Below, piece by piece: positions 11,915 through 26,055 of a stretch of 64,000 nt of DNA. Made by a program: the position numbers and the translations under genes. The stretch is taken from positions 82,894,001 to 82,958,000 of the forward strand of contig NC_043006.1 in the NCBI RefSeq assembly GCF_006345805.1, given 5' to 3'. This DNA is from Octopus sinensis. Lineage: Eukaryota. The first letter of the stretch is position 1. Every line of letters starts with the position of its first letter. Under the pieces are notes generated by a model, which had not been told where the DNA came from, made no database searches, and saw only the letters and a program-made list of their open reading frames with translations.

Positions 11915-12100
11915 ATATATATATATATATATATCATATATATATATATATATATATAGATTACATACATTTATAATATATATATATATAATCATTATAT
12001 ATATAGATATATATATATATAGATAGATATATATAGATATATATAGTATATATATATATATACATTTATATATACATTTAATATATACATATATATATAT

Positions 12101-12190
<90 letters not shown>
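11915..12190. repeat. (TA)n-dominated microsatellite
   Basis: Direct reading. Confidence 0.95.
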
Positions 12191-12191
<1 letters not shown>

Positions 12192-12196
<5 letters not shown>

Positions 12197-12273
12197 TCCT
12201 CAGCGCCATACTAATACATTGTTTGTTTGTACTCCACCTGCCTCGTCTTTTGTTTATTTCGTAAACCTTCCCG

Positions 12274-12276
<3 letters not shown>
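12192..12276 (+). mobile_element. fragment of the element at 30320-30535, between (TA)n tracts
   Basis: CAGCGCCATACTAATACA..GTTTGTTTGTACTCCACCTGCC..TTCCCGTT matches 30455-30533. Confidence 0.8.
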
Positions 12277-12307
<31 letters not shown>

Positions 12308-12484
12308 CATATATATATATATATTATATATATAATATATATATATATGTGTCTATATATATATATATATATATCACGTGATCACGTGACCGACCAGACC
12401 ATCAGATGTTGTTACACATCGCTGTCACAATGCATTCGCCTTTGGAATGACGCCACTCCGCTGGCTAAACGAGCAGGCCTAATA

Positions 12485-12540
<56 letters not shown>

Positions 12541-12809
12541 ATTATATATATATATAGATATATATATATATATATGTATATGTATATATATATGGCAAAT
12601 AAGAAAATGGAGAAAATAAAAAATCGAAAAACATCAGCCTGTGAGCATTCAATTATTGTAAACATTCAATTATATCTATTTACTAATTGATTACAATCAT
12701 ATGTATGAATGATCCAAAATAAACGAATGAAAGAAGCGAATAAGTAAATACATAGATACAAAAATAAACAAATATGTATAAATGAGTGAAAAAATACTAA
12801 ACTCTTACA

Positions 12810-12811
12810 CC

Positions 12812-12867
<56 letters not shown>

Positions 12868-12899
12868 GCTATCTATCTATCTATCTATCTATCTGTCTG

Positions 12900-12958
<59 letters not shown>

Positions 12959-12959
12959 G

Positions 12960-12994
<35 letters not shown>

Positions 12995-13023
12995 GTCTAT
13001 CTATCTATCTGTCTATCTATCTG

Positions 13024-13057
<34 letters not shown>

Positions 13058-13229
13058 GATCTGTCTGTCTGTTGTCGTCCTGTCTGTCTGTCTATCTATC
13101 TATCATCTATCTATCTATCTATCTATCTATCATCTATCTATCTATCTATCTATCTATCTGTATGTCTGTGTCTGTCTGTATATGTCTGTCTATCTATCTA
13201 TACTATCTATCTATCTATCTATCGATCTG

Positions 13230-13260
<31 letters not shown>

Positions 13261-13350
13261 GTCTATCTATCTATCTGTCTATCTATCTGTCTATCTATCT
13301 ATCTGTCTATCTATAATGTCTATCTATCTATCTATCTGTCTATCTATCTC
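12810..13350. repeat. (CTAT)n/(CTGT)n compound microsatellite
   Basis: Direct reading. Confidence 0.95.
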
Positions 13351-13909
13351 TCATCAACTTCTTCAAGTACACTTGAAAAGGAAAGTGAGAGTAGAGAGCC
13401 AAGTTTTGTCTAGCGAATGTTTTTAAAAAAAGATGGGTGAATGTAGCAAGAATGGCACGTAGAATGACGAAGCCACCTTGAGCATAGTCCTATGAACCCA
13501 GAAATCGAAAAACAGAGAGTTGCTTATTTGCCCAAAAAAAAAAAAAAAAAAAGAAATATAAAATGGGACTCATTGACCGAGGTACCGTGGTCTTTTCCGC
13601 AGGCTTTTTTCACGGGTAAACCTCACCTGTCCTCCCCTTACACTTCATATTGACATTTCTGTGATAACGCCCTATTGACATTTTTTTTTCCTCTCCCCCC
13701 CTGTTTTTTTTTTTTTTTTTTTTTAAACCCCCTTATTTTTGTCCTCTTTCTCTCCTTTACGATCCCTTTTGATCGAACTCCCCCTTCCTTTTTTTTTTTT
13801 TTTTTTTTTTTTTAATACCTTCAAAAGAAAAGCTCTACCTTGTAATTGTTCTATCTGTGGCAGCCTTGTGTGGCTAATAAAGAAACATATCTATCTGTCT
13901 ATCTATCTG

Positions 13910-13957
<48 letters not shown>

Positions 13958-13959
13958 CC

Positions 13960-14053
<94 letters not shown>

Positions 14054-14054
<1 letters not shown>

Positions 14055-14634
14055 ATGAGTTAGAGGTTAAGCAATCATCTAAGGGATAGTGAATATCCAA
14101 TATACTACTGGGTGTATACCTACTTATTTATATCCAAGTGCTTACTATTGCAGGACAATATCGCAATTGAATACCAGGTATGGGCAAAATCCCTGTATAA
14201 TCCCTTTGTAAAATCCCTGTATATTACTGGGTCATGTGGAAAACTTGGAAGACTGGGCAACCCCATGGTAGAAACGGCTGCAAAAGTCTAGTATTTATTC
14301 ACTCATTTTTTCTTATTTATTTTATGTATCTATGTATTTACTTATCATTTGCTTATTTCATTCGTTTATTGGGATCACTCATACATATGATTGTAATCAA
14401 TTAATAAATGGGTATAATTGAATGTTTACAGGATGATGTTTGCCGATTGTCTATCCTCTCTATTTTCATATTTGCCTCAAAAATCCTGGGTAAATTTCTG
14501 TTTTACCTCACTCATACCCAATTGCGATATTGCCCTGCAATAGTAAGCACTTGGACATAAATACGTAGGTATACATCCAGTAGTATATTGGATATTCCCT
14601 ATCCCTTAGATGGTTGCTTAACTGCTAACTCATA
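14054..14634. mobile_element. 581-bp non-autonomous TIR element with about 115-bp imperfect TIRs
   Basis: TATGAGTTAGAGGTTAAGCAATCATCTAAGGGATAG.. mirrored by ..CTATCCCTTAGATGGTTGCTTAACTGCTAACTCATA; flanked by (CTAT)n left and (ATAG)n right. Confidence 0.8.
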
Positions 14635-14673
14635 TAGATAGTTAGATAGATAGATAGATAGAGAGAGAGAGAA

Positions 14674-14736
<63 letters not shown>

Positions 14737-14764
14737 AAGAGAGATGGATGTATAGTTTTGTATG

Positions 14765-14975
14765 TGTGTGTGTGTGTCTGTGTTTGTGTCGCCGCCATCG
14801 CTTGACAACCGATACTGGTGTATTTATGTCCCAATAACTTAGCGGTTTAACAAAAGAAACCGATAGAATAAGTATTAGGATTACAAAGAATAAGTCCTGG
14901 CGTTGATTTCTTCGACTAAAGAAGGTGCTCCATCATGGCCAACTGAAACAAGTAAAAGAATAAAAGAATAAAAAT
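14765..14975 (+). mobile_element. SINE family A tail half
   Basis: CATCGCTTGACAACCGAT..AAAGAATAAGTCCTGG..GAAACAAGTAAAAGAATAAAAG. Confidence 0.85.
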
Positions 14976-15757
14976 ACATATAAGCATATATTTCTTGCTT
15001 GGTACAGTGTATCTCGAAGCGTATAGAACTATAAATTGTTGCCTCGGAATTATTCTATCGAAAATGTCTTTTTTACTTTTTCAAACCAATGTTTACATTG
15101 CTCCCACAAATCTAATTCGCTTTCTCTCGGAAGTTTATAACTTTTTATGAGTTCTAAAATATACTAAATTTTAAATTTACATGGATATAAAAAAACACAC
15201 ACACACACACACTCACACACATATATATATGAAATATATATATATACATACATATATATATATATAGATATAATATATATATATATAATATATATATATA
15301 TAATATATTATATATATATATATTATATGTATGTATAGATAGATAGATGATATATATATATATATTACATGAATAATAAAAGTATGCGTATAGACATACA
15401 TACATATATGTATATATACCTATATATATATATATATAATGTACAATGTGTATTTATACTTTTATATACATATATATATATATACACATATATATATATA
15501 TATATCAGTGACATAGCAAGATATATATATATAGAGAAAGAGAGAAATAGAGAGAGAGAAAGCGAGAGAGGTGAATATATGTATACACGTAAATACACAT
15601 GTATAGATACATCCACGCATACATAATGAGGCAGTTTGATATGAAAAGCTTCATAGCATATTATGTATTTGGATATTCTTATATTATTTATAACTCTCTG
15701 TGTGTGTGTGTGTAGATAAATAAATAGATACACAGATATAAATATATAAGTATGAAT

Positions 15758-15792
<35 letters not shown>

Positions 15793-15845
15793 ATATATAT
15801 ATATATATGTACGTATATACACCCTCCACACACATATATATATAT

Positions 15846-16717
15846 AATGGCTGCGATGGGTAAATTGTCGCCATAAGTCATTATTTATTTCGAGCATGCG
15901 CAGAACTTGCTTTTGATTTTGACGACCACATATTATAGTAGAGTCCGTTGGTCACCGTCTGTTAGAAAAACAGCACCATGACGCAATTCACTCTGCCATA
16001 AATTTGGAAACAACATGCTGTACAGCTTGGCATTCGCGCCGGAATCTCCAGTACGGACATTTCAGAGTGTTTGGCTGTCAATCTGAGGACAGTGCACCCT
16101 GAGGACTTGTACCGAGATAAAAATCAAACATCCAGTCAACATCATGGCGTTTGGAATGATGACTAGTGATGGCGACGTGAGCTACCATTCATCTTCCCTC
16201 AAGGCCTCATACTACACACGGAGGCCTACATCAAGTACCTGGAGTAGATAGTGCTGCTTTGTGTCAAGAAGGTGGCTGCTGGAACTCCCAATGTCTGGCA
16301 ACAGAATACTGCACCATGCCACACAAGCAGGAGAACCCAGTCGTGACTCAGGCAATTTATGCGACCACCTCACCCTTAAATTCTGGCCATCTAACTCCCC
16401 TAACTACCACCCACTTGATTATGTGTGGGGCGCAGTTGAGCTAGAGACCAACAAAACTCCTTATAACACCAAAAATGAATTGAAAGCAAGGATTATGAGA
16501 TCATTCGCAAACTTAAACAAGTCCAGAAGACTTGCAGAAGATTCCGAAGTCGTCTGGAAGCTGTGGTTGAAGCAAATGGCGATTTTATAGAATAAATTGA
16601 CTCTTTAGTATTTGAAGATGTTTTTTATGTAATTTTGGTAAATATATCTCTAAAATTGAGAAGTCAGTGTAATTTTCATATTTGCGCAATTTAGACGCCA
16701 GTTTACTCCCAATCCTG
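15846..16717 (+). mobile_element. maT-like transposon copy 3, internally deleted
   Basis: Degenerate TIRs (GGCTGCGATGGGTAAATTG / CAGTTTACTCCCAATCCTG|TA); encodes FWPSNSPNYHPLDYVWGAVELETNK. Confidence 0.85.
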
Positions 16718-16746
16718 TAATGTATATATATATATATATGTATGTA

Positions 16747-16796
<50 letters not shown>

Positions 16797-16798
<2 letters not shown>

Positions 16799-17018
16799 CT
16801 TTACTGCCCACACGGGGCTAAACATAGAGGGGACAAACAAGGACAGACGAAGGGATTGAGTCGATTATATCGCCCCCAGTGCGAAACTGGTACTTGATTT
16901 ATCGACCCCGAAAGGATGAAAGGCAAAGTTGACCTCGGCGGAATTTGAACTCAGAACGTAACGACAGACGAAATACCGCTAAGCATTTCGCCCTAACGTG
17001 TCTGCTAATTCGCCGCCT
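16797..17018 (-). mobile_element. SINE family B, long-tail variant
   Basis: GAAAGGATGAAAGGCAAAGTTGACCTCGGCGGAATTTGAACTCAGAACG core plus GGGGCTAAACATAGAGGGGACAAACAAGGACAGAC tail. Confidence 0.88.
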
Positions 17019-17036
17019 TATACATATGTACATATG

Positions 17037-17086
<50 letters not shown>

Positions 17087-17193
17087 CTCCGTTTTTGTTC
17101 TTTGACAAATGGATGCCCTCAAAAATATTTAACACGCATGAATGTAGGGTCCCAGCGTTGATGTACTACAATATCTGTAATCTTTATTGTATA

Positions 17194-17414
17194 CAGTAGT
17201 CTCTCTACTATCACGGGTGTTATGTTCCAAAACCCCAATCGATAGGTGAAAATCCGCGAAATAGAAACAGTATTACACTCTATATTTTTTTACAATCATT
17301 TTTATTATTTGTATATACTTAGTTTATTATAAATGCAAAACAACACGAAGGAATCGACGTAAGCTTATAAAATAAACCGCGATAGGCGAACCCCGATATG
17401 GCGTGGGATTACTG
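17194..17414. mobile_element. Tigger/pogo-like MITE
   Basis: TA|CAGTAGTCTC..GGGATTACTG|TA termini with TA TSD, 221 bp. Confidence 0.75.
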
Positions 17415-17531
17415 TACCTATATTCAAACACATATTTACTTATTATTTATTTGCACACACGAACGCGCGCGCACACACACACACACGCGCGCACACACAC
17501 GCACGCACGCATGCACACACACACATAAATG

Positions 17532-17573
<42 letters not shown>

Positions 17574-18761
17574 CACATAATACATATATATGTGTGTGTG
17601 GTGTGTGTGTATGTATTATGTGTATATTATGTATAATATATATATATATATATCTATATATATATATTAGATATATGCATTTATATATGTGTGTGTGGTG
17701 TAAAGCAGAAAAGCATACATTTTACATGCAGTTTATAATTATATTATTCTCACATGTGTGTGTATGTTTGTGTGTGCGTGTGTGTTTAAGTGTATTTAAA
17801 AGTGAGTATGTGTTTATGAGTGTATGTATGTACACACGTATGAATGTATTTCCATACGTATGTATGTATGTATGTATGTATGTATGTATGTATGTATGTA
17901 TTTAATGGGGTGCGCCTGGCATTTGGAATTTTCATATACATACCAATCATTTAAGACGCGCTATGAATAAATAAATATATAAATATATATACTACTATCG
18001 AAAATCAAAAATGCAAATTAGGCATTGATTAATTGAAAAAGTAAATTTGAACGATATTCATTTACTATTAATTATATTTTAATACAAAAACAACGCGACA
18101 CCTTTTTTGAGGAATATGGTGGTATATAAAATCTACCCCAGTATCTGGTTGGTACTTATTGTATCTAACCCTGAGAAATAGGATTCTAGACAATGTCGAC
18201 CCCTATCCCACCTGGTGTCTGTATGATCAGCTGATTAATTAATGCTTCGATTAATTAAATATGGCGGTGGTGACTGTGGCTAAGGTGTTTCCTCGTAATA
18301 TTTACACCAGTACTCAGTCAGTAGTCAATGTATCACCGTCATATGATAGGGTTCTGGGCCCCACCCGACTTGAACTCACTTCTTGATTAATCTATCAATT
18401 AATGCGTTAGTGAATTTATTTGAAAACCAAATATATTAAATAAAAATGTTATCTGTTTCTGCCAAACCCGTGGTGAAAATATTTTAATTTGGGGGCGCTG
18501 CTTCTGGCGTATAAGATAGAGAAGCAACCATGCGAGGGAACGGTTCCGTGGTTATTCGCTATGCTAGATATATTAGCAGTAGTGGCTCGTAGATAAAATT
18601 TGTGGGGCTACTGCTACAGAAAAAGTTTAGCCGTTGTTTTAATATTGTGTAAATATCACATTCAAGAATATAAACACGCTTATAAGCACAACACACGCAG
18701 AGTCAAAAAGAAACACCACCTTTCACCGGAACACCAGGGCCAGCACTGTTGTTCACGCAGT

Positions 18762-18803
<42 letters not shown>

Positions 18804-20194
18804 CCTAGCATGAAGCTTCCTATCTCGGACATATGCGCACAACAGCTAAACACTGCATGGAACTGTGAAGCGCACAGTCCTATACAAGGATTTTTGGGGT
18901 TTTTTTCATAAACTAGGGGATGGCTACTGACATTAAGCTTAAGGATTATATAATGTAAAAGTATAAGGAAAGAATTAAAGAAAAAAAGGACTCATTATAT
19001 TGAATGTTATCGATAATATCGAGTAGAAATCGGGGGTGCTGCAGTGCCTAGACTCGAGCCGCCACTGTATAGTAGTGAAATCTCTCTTCAATCAAAACCG
19101 GAAAAAAGGAAGGACACTTTAAATTGTGTATTCTTAGATATGAATAGATGATCAAAGCTGGAATGTCTGACAGCTGAAGTGTGAAATAGGGTTATATATA
19201 AGAAAAGAATCTACCTTATACTGAAGAGCAACTCTATAGTGAACTAAAGGATTATGTCACTACTTCCTCTTTGCCGTAATTAAATAATTGTTTCAAATTG
19301 TGATTGAAAGCAAGCGATTTAGAGGGAGAGAGAACCCAGTACTTCATTTGCACTTTATTATATTGACCCCACCCACACCGGAAGGAAGAAAGGCGAAGTT
19401 GACCTCAGCGAGATATGAACTCAGACAGTAAAAAATGTCGCCAAGCATTTTGTTCGACACGCAGTCAATTGTGACAGAAGAGTCACAAATTTGTGACATA
19501 GAAGGGAATAAACAGTAAAGTCGCTCCTGGATAGATTTGATGTCCAAAACGTGAACAGATAAGAGCTTAATAACGTAAAACGTTATCCGGTGATCTACAT
19601 GTATTAATTTAACATATCTGAAAACTAACGAATTACCATATAGCTTTATGTATAATAGATACACCATCTTTTTTTCATAACCTCATCCAGACTTTCTAGC
19701 TTATAGTCAGTTAAACTACCAGGCTCGTTGAGTTTGCGTATAAGTGGCTGAATGTTCCACAAGCACGTGTACCCTCAATAAAGCATTTTCAGGCGAAATT
19801 AGTGTGACACAAAGTGAGCTTTGAATTACAGATACAATCAACTCGACAGGTATCTGGTACACAGTTTTCGTTTTCCCAATTTTCTTAACAAGGTATGAGT
19901 GGACTCAAGACTATAGGAAATGGCATGTGACCAAGATACTTCTCAGCAGAATCGAAACCATGACTGCATGATTGCAAAGCAAACTCCTTAGCCATTAAGC
20001 CATTCTGCGCCTATTGACATCGAAGCAAAGATAAAATTAGGTTTACCTATTAAACCAAAATGATTCTTCTCTACCCAATTCTATTAAGGAGAAGGAGAGA
20101 AAAAAACTAAGAAAAAACCCACAATAATATAATGAAGCTTTGCTACTTGTTTTTATAAATATTTCTGTTATTAATTATTTATTTTTTATTTTCT

Positions 20195-20570
20195 AACTGC
20201 TTCTGTAATTGGAATGCGACCATGCTGGAGCACCGCTTTGAAAGACTTTAGTCGAACAAATCGATTCGAGTACTGATCTATAAGTTTGGCACTTATTCTA
20301 TTGGAATTTTACTAAACCGGTAAATTCGGTTGACAAGCGGCGGCGGGGAAAGAGACAATCAACCACACACACACAAACACACACACACACACACACACAC
20401 CTGTATATATTCGGCAAGCTTCCACACAGCATCCGTTTACCAAATTCATTCACAAGGCATGAATCGACCTGATTTAAAAAAAAAAACGTTTGTCGAGGGT
20501 GCCGTGTAGTGGGAATGAACCTGGGAACTTGTGGTTGCAAAGCATGCTTCTTAATTACATAGCCATGCCT
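20195..20570 (-). mobile_element. SINE family A, old diverged copy
   Basis: CCATGCTGGAGCACCGC, internal (CA)n, GTAGTGGGAATGAACC head remnant. Confidence 0.7.
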
Positions 20571-20680
20571 TCACTTGTATATCGATATATTTTTGTATAA
20601 ACAAAATGAAATACCATAAAACTAATATATTGGATTATGGTCGATCATCTACTCTTGTAGCAGTTGTATAACACTGAGTA

Positions 20681-21016
20681 GTGAAGACGCATGACTCAGT
20701 GGTTAGAGCGTCGAGCTGACGATCGTGAGGTTGTGAGTTCGATTCCCGGACCGGGCTGCGTGTTGTGTTCTTGAGCAAGACACTTTATTTCGCGTTGCTC
20801 CATTTAACTCAGCTGTAGAAATGAGTTGCGGCATCATTGGTGCCAAGCTGTATCAGCCTTTGCCTTTCCCTTGGATGACATCGGTGGTGTAGAGAGGAGA
20901 GGCTGGTATGCATGGGCGACTGCTGGACTTCCATAAACAACCTTGCTCGGATTTGTGCCTCGGAGGGGAACTTTCTAGGTGCAATCCCATGGTCATTCAT
21001 GACCGAAGAGGGTCTC
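20681..21016 (+). mobile_element. tRNA-derived SINE family C (CORE-like central block)
   Basis: TGACTCAGTGGTTAGAGC (A box), GAGTTCGATTCCC (B box), TTCTTGAGCAAGACACTT..CTCAGCTGTAGAAATGAG; second copy at 34997-35307. Confidence 0.88.
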
Positions 21017-21269
21017 CTACTCCTCATAGCACTGAGTGTTGTACATGGTATAATAAGAGTTAAAACAATTTACAACGAAATAATATCTGTATTATATGAT
21101 TATGTGGCTGTTTAAAATAATATGGGTCCCAAAATCGAGGGGCCTGTTATTAAACATGGTAACATGTGATACAATTTCATATTATATGTGGATATAGTTG
21201 CGTATTAAACAATGGTATTTCGGGGACTAACGAATTTTTTGAGAAGACTGAGTATATTACTTGAGCCCC

Positions 21270-21730
21270 AACGATGGAAAATATAGCCCAGCAGAATCAT
21301 TTGAGCGTCAGGAAAAATATATTACAGTATTTAGTTGTATAGCTTAACGTTCTGAGTTCAAATCTGACCGCGGTTATATTTGAATTTCCTACGGACGATA
21401 AAATAAAAAAAAATTCTGTTATGCTCTGAAGACGGTTTAATTGACTATTCCTGTGCCCTAATTTGTGGCTCGGTATCCATGTAAGAAAATATGATTATTT
21501 TACTTACAGAGCCTTCTAAGTTGATGAGCAGCCAGAATCGTTTGCTCGTTGAGCGAAATACTTATCGCCATTTCTTCATGTTCTAGGTTCAAATTCCACC
21601 GAGGTTAATTCTTCCCTTTATCTTTTCGGATTTGCTTAAATTAAATACCAGCTGAACACTAACGTCAGTGTAATCGACGTAACCCCACCCCTAAAACTTC
21701 TGGGCTAATGCCAACATTTGAAGTCAATTT
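21270..21730 (+). mobile_element. two degenerate SINE family B copies
   Basis: TTCTGAGTTCAAAT and AGGTTCAAATTCCACCGAGGT remnants. Confidence 0.6.
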
Positions 21731-22414
21731 ACAGACCAGGGTGAATTATATCCACGTGAGGAGAAAAATTTTCATTTCATCCTACTGTGGTGGAGAAAAT
21801 GAATAACAGTAAAATACTAGTGGGTAGATTTCATCGACTGTTTCTTCTCACTCGGCTGTCTACTAATTACTCTAATGATCTGAGTAAATTGAATAGTACA
21901 ATATTAAATATGTGAGACTCTGCCGTACTAGAAGGACTTATTTTATCGAGTTTGCACAAATCTGTAGGCTACTTACTGAGTAGTATTAAATCTTCGATTG
22001 ATAAAAATAGAAATACTCTACTTTAAGTATTGAGTTCTGTTTCTTTTGCTTGTGTAATCAAATTTACATATATGATAGAGACATAAGTAAATAAACATAC
22101 AGATACGCACACATTTTCTCTCATACAAAGACACACACATACTCACATATATGCTAATAAATAAACATACACATACAACCACTGGAAAGATACAAATACA
22201 CACACAAGGAAACACACAAATACCCACTCATACACATACACACAATGTGAAGTAAACATAAAATGAGGGGGGCATAATTTAATAATCAGACGTTTCAAGA
22301 GACTGAAGTCAGTCCCACAAATTTGGAGACTAGGCTTTGTATAAAATCATATGCGCACACACGTATGTATGTATGTATGTATGTATGTATGTGTGTGTAT
22401 GTATATATATGTGC

Positions 22415-22450
<36 letters not shown>

Positions 22451-22548
22451 GTATATTTATGTATGTATACACATACATTAAGAATGCAGTGAGTAAAACA
22501 TTATAAAACCACAACACAAGAGGATATGTGGGTGTATGTATATGTATT

Positions 22549-22579
<31 letters not shown>

Positions 22580-23049
22580 CTATATATATATATATATATA
22601 TAATATATATATATAGATAGATAGATAGAGATAGATAGATAGATAGATAGATAGAGATAGATAGATAGATAGATGTGTTTCTTATTGACATTGGAACGTA
22701 AAACAGAACAGTGAAAGAAGGAAAGGAAGAGAGAAAGAGAGAAAGAAAGAAAGAAAGGCAAATCAATCTCGACCCATCGGAATTTGAAATCTGAATGTCA
22801 ACAGACAAAATAAAACACACACACACACAAACACAAATACACACACATTAACTGTGTAGAATTAAACTAGATATATATACTCATATCTAACTATATATGT
22901 ATCTATCACCACACTCTCACTCTCACTTTATCCCTCTCTCTCTCTACATATATGTGTGTGTATATATAAATTTATACCTACACGTTTGTATGTATACATA
23001 TAAGATGTAGAATTAAATAAAATATAAAATAAACTTCGTTCGTCACTTA

Positions 23050-23297
<248 letters not shown>

Positions 23298-23639
23298 TAT
23301 GATATATTGACACCCCAAAAATCAAGATATTCTATTATTGACTCTCAACCGGCACTAAGATGAGCAAGTTCATACCCATTAATCATTCTTTGTGTGAAAA
23401 TTCCTAAATTCTTTCAGTGTTTTATGTTAAATCTTGTCTTAATTTTAATTGCCCGGAAGAAAGCAGTCTTTTAACGTGATCTAATTTATTTGTTCATTAA
23501 TAAAAAAAAAACACGTCTGAAACAGCTGTGGTGAACCTCAGCCCATTTGTGTTGTGTGTGTGTGTATGTATATAGACATATATATGTATGTATGCATGTC
23601 TATGTATATGTGTGCGTGTATGTGTGTGTGTGTGTGCGT

Positions 23640-23789
23640 GTATGAGTGTGTGGTAAGTAGCTTGCTTACCAACCAAATAGATCTGGGTTCAGTCCAACTG
23701 CGTGACACCTTGGGTAAGTTTCTTCTACTATAGCCTCGGGCCGACCAAAGCCTTCTGTGTGGATTTGGTAGACGGAAACTGAAGGAAAC

Positions 23790-23860
<71 letters not shown>

Positions 23861-24060
23861 GTTTGTGGTGTCTCGGTTTGTCCCTCCACCATCGCTTGAC
23901 AACCATGATGGTGTGTTTACGTCCCTGTAACTTAACGGTTCGGCAAAAGTCACCGATACAATAAGCGCTAAGCTTACAAAGAATATGTTCTGAGACGATT
24001 TGTTCGACTAAAGGTGTTTCCAGCATGGCCACAGTCAAATGACCGAAACAAATAAAAGAG
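23640..24060 (+). mobile_element. SINE family A
   Basis: TGTGGTAAGTAGCTTGCTTACCAACC head, TA tract, tail ..GAAACAAATAAAAGAG. Confidence 0.9.
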
Positions 24061-24075
24061 TAAACGATATTATAT

Positions 24076-24107
<32 letters not shown>

Positions 24108-24139
24108 CTTTATTTAAAGCAGCAGAAAATCAACAAAAT

Positions 24140-24176
24140 CTGTTACTCTGAGTTCTCGTTGCCGTTCATCAGACAG
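24140..24176 (-). ncRNA. minimal hammerhead motif, family 1, GAAA reduced to GAA
   Basis: Minus strand CTGT-CTGATGA-ACGGCAACGA-GAA-CTCAGAG-TA-ACAG, in an 85-bp fragment between TA tracts; same family as 26018. Confidence 0.5.
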
Positions 24177-24230
24177 TTTTTGTTAGAATATATATATATT
24201 ATATATGTGTGTGTGTATATAATATATATT

Positions 24231-24273
<43 letters not shown>

Positions 24274-24479
24274 TATATATATATATATATATAATTATAT
24301 AGATATATATATATATATTATATATATATATGAAACTAAACAATAAGGTAGAAATTGATGTTATCAATTAAAACCAGTGGCTTAGCATATTTAAAAATCC
24401 GAAGATTAAAAATTGTGTTACATACAATATTAAGATGAATGGCCACTTTAGTGGTCATCCTCCTTAATTTTGTATATAT

Positions 24480-24576
<97 letters not shown>

Positions 24577-24641
24577 GTGTGTTATATGTATTTGTGTAAT
24601 TCATGTATGTAAATATAAATCGGTAAATATATTCTCCTTAC

Positions 24642-24686
24642 CTTTTAGCAATCGACCGTCTCTTTGACAACCAAACTAGAAAATGC
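24642..24686 (-). other. candidate 45-nt spliced exon
   Basis: Minus strand CACTTACAG|GCATTTT..GCTAAAAG|GTAAGG; one open phase (HFLVWLSKRRSIAK); no partner exons identified. Confidence 0.3.
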
Positions 24687-25632
24687 CTGTAAGTGGTTTG
24701 TTGTTAAGTATCGACAAATTTAGCAGTTGAATAAAATAGATGTGGTCAACGTTAACCACAGATGATTGCTGCATTTGTTGTTGTTGCTGCTGCTGCTGCA
24801 GTTGTTGTTATTATTGTTGTTGTAATGCTAAATCCGAAGTTGAACGATAAGCGCAGGAATGCGAGAAGCAAGAGTTGATGTATGTGTATATGATATCTTA
24901 TTAAATCTCTCTTAATGGATTATTACCTTTCTTATCCTATTGTATTTCTTGTACATCAGTTGAGAAGGAATAAGAAATGCGAAAATAAAACAACGCAAAA
25001 CTAACTACAAGTAGAGAGTGGTGTAAAAGAAGATGGCGGCGATGGCGGCGATTATGATCGGAATGATGGTGGTCATGATTGTGACAGAGGGAGGGAGGAA
25101 AGGAGGAGCAGCGAAGAAAACAATAGGAACAATGTGAGGAGAAGGAGAGGAAAGAGTGGGAAAATTTCAAGGGAGGTTGGACTGGAGCTAGGCTGTTTTG
25201 TTAATCAAAATCAATAGAAAACGGGGAAAACAAATGTGTGTTTGCGCCTGCGAACATGTGTTTGTGTGTGTGTGTGTGTGTATGTGTGTGTGTTCAGGTG
25301 AAAGTAAAATAGAGATGGGGAGAGACAAGGAGGGAATAAAGGAGTGGAAATAAAAAGGAAGAAATGGCGAAGAAGAAGGAGACTGACTCGAGATAACGCG
25401 AAGATAGAAAAGAAAGCGAAGCAAAAGAAATAAAACTATAAACTGAATATGACGAGCAGTGGCAGTCAAGGTGTGAAAAGGGCTTAAATGAAATAAAAAT
25501 GAAGATAGGAAGGGAAAATGCCGAAAGATGAGTTCATGCTTTTGTAAGAAAATACGATTAATATAATATTATATGTATGTGTATACAATGTGTGTGTACA
25601 TCTGTGTATGTATGTATCTATAGACGATTGCA

Positions 25633-25693
<61 letters not shown>

Positions 25694-25696
25694 GTC

Positions 25697-25752
<56 letters not shown>

Positions 25753-25755
25753 CTC

Positions 25756-25797
<42 letters not shown>

Positions 25798-25962
25798 ACA
25801 TATGTATGCACGTATGTATGTCGGCGTAAGACAATCACTTATATATATATATATTATATACGGAGTAAACACATAAATGTGAAACAAGGTGGAAAAAAGA
25901 GTACTCAAATACCAGTGTAGAGTAATATGCTTTATTTAAAGCAGCAGAAAATTCAACAAAAT

Positions 25963-26000
25963 CTGTCACTCTGAGTTTCTCGTTGCCGTTCATCAGACAG
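25963..26000 (-). ncRNA. minimal hammerhead motif, family 1 (GUG triplet variant)
   Basis: Inverted twin of 26018-26055 with GTG instead of GTA at the cleavage triplet. Confidence 0.5.
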
Positions 26001-26017
26001 TTCTGTTCTAACAAAAA

Positions 26018-26055
26018 CTGTCTGATGAACGGCAACGAGAAACTCAGAGTAACAG
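26018..26055 (+). ncRNA. minimal type I hammerhead ribozyme motif, family 1
   Basis: Stem I CTGT/ACAG, core CTGATGA, short stem II CG-GCAA-CG, GAAA, quasi-palindromic stem III ACTCAGAGT, GUA cleavage triplet. Confidence 0.7.

Noticed and set aside
13585-13625. CCGCAG|12 nt|GTAAAC possible micro-exon
   Set aside because: Weak donor and no supporting context; expected by chance.
20681-20770. tRNA-like sequence with A and B boxes
   Set aside because: It continues into a SINE body with a second copy at 34997; no complete cloverleaf, so not called a tRNA gene.
24765-24830. Minus-strand polyglutamine-like reading QQQQQQQQMQQSS
   Set aside because: In-frame TAA TAA immediately upstream and no splice acceptor; simple CAG/CAA repeat.
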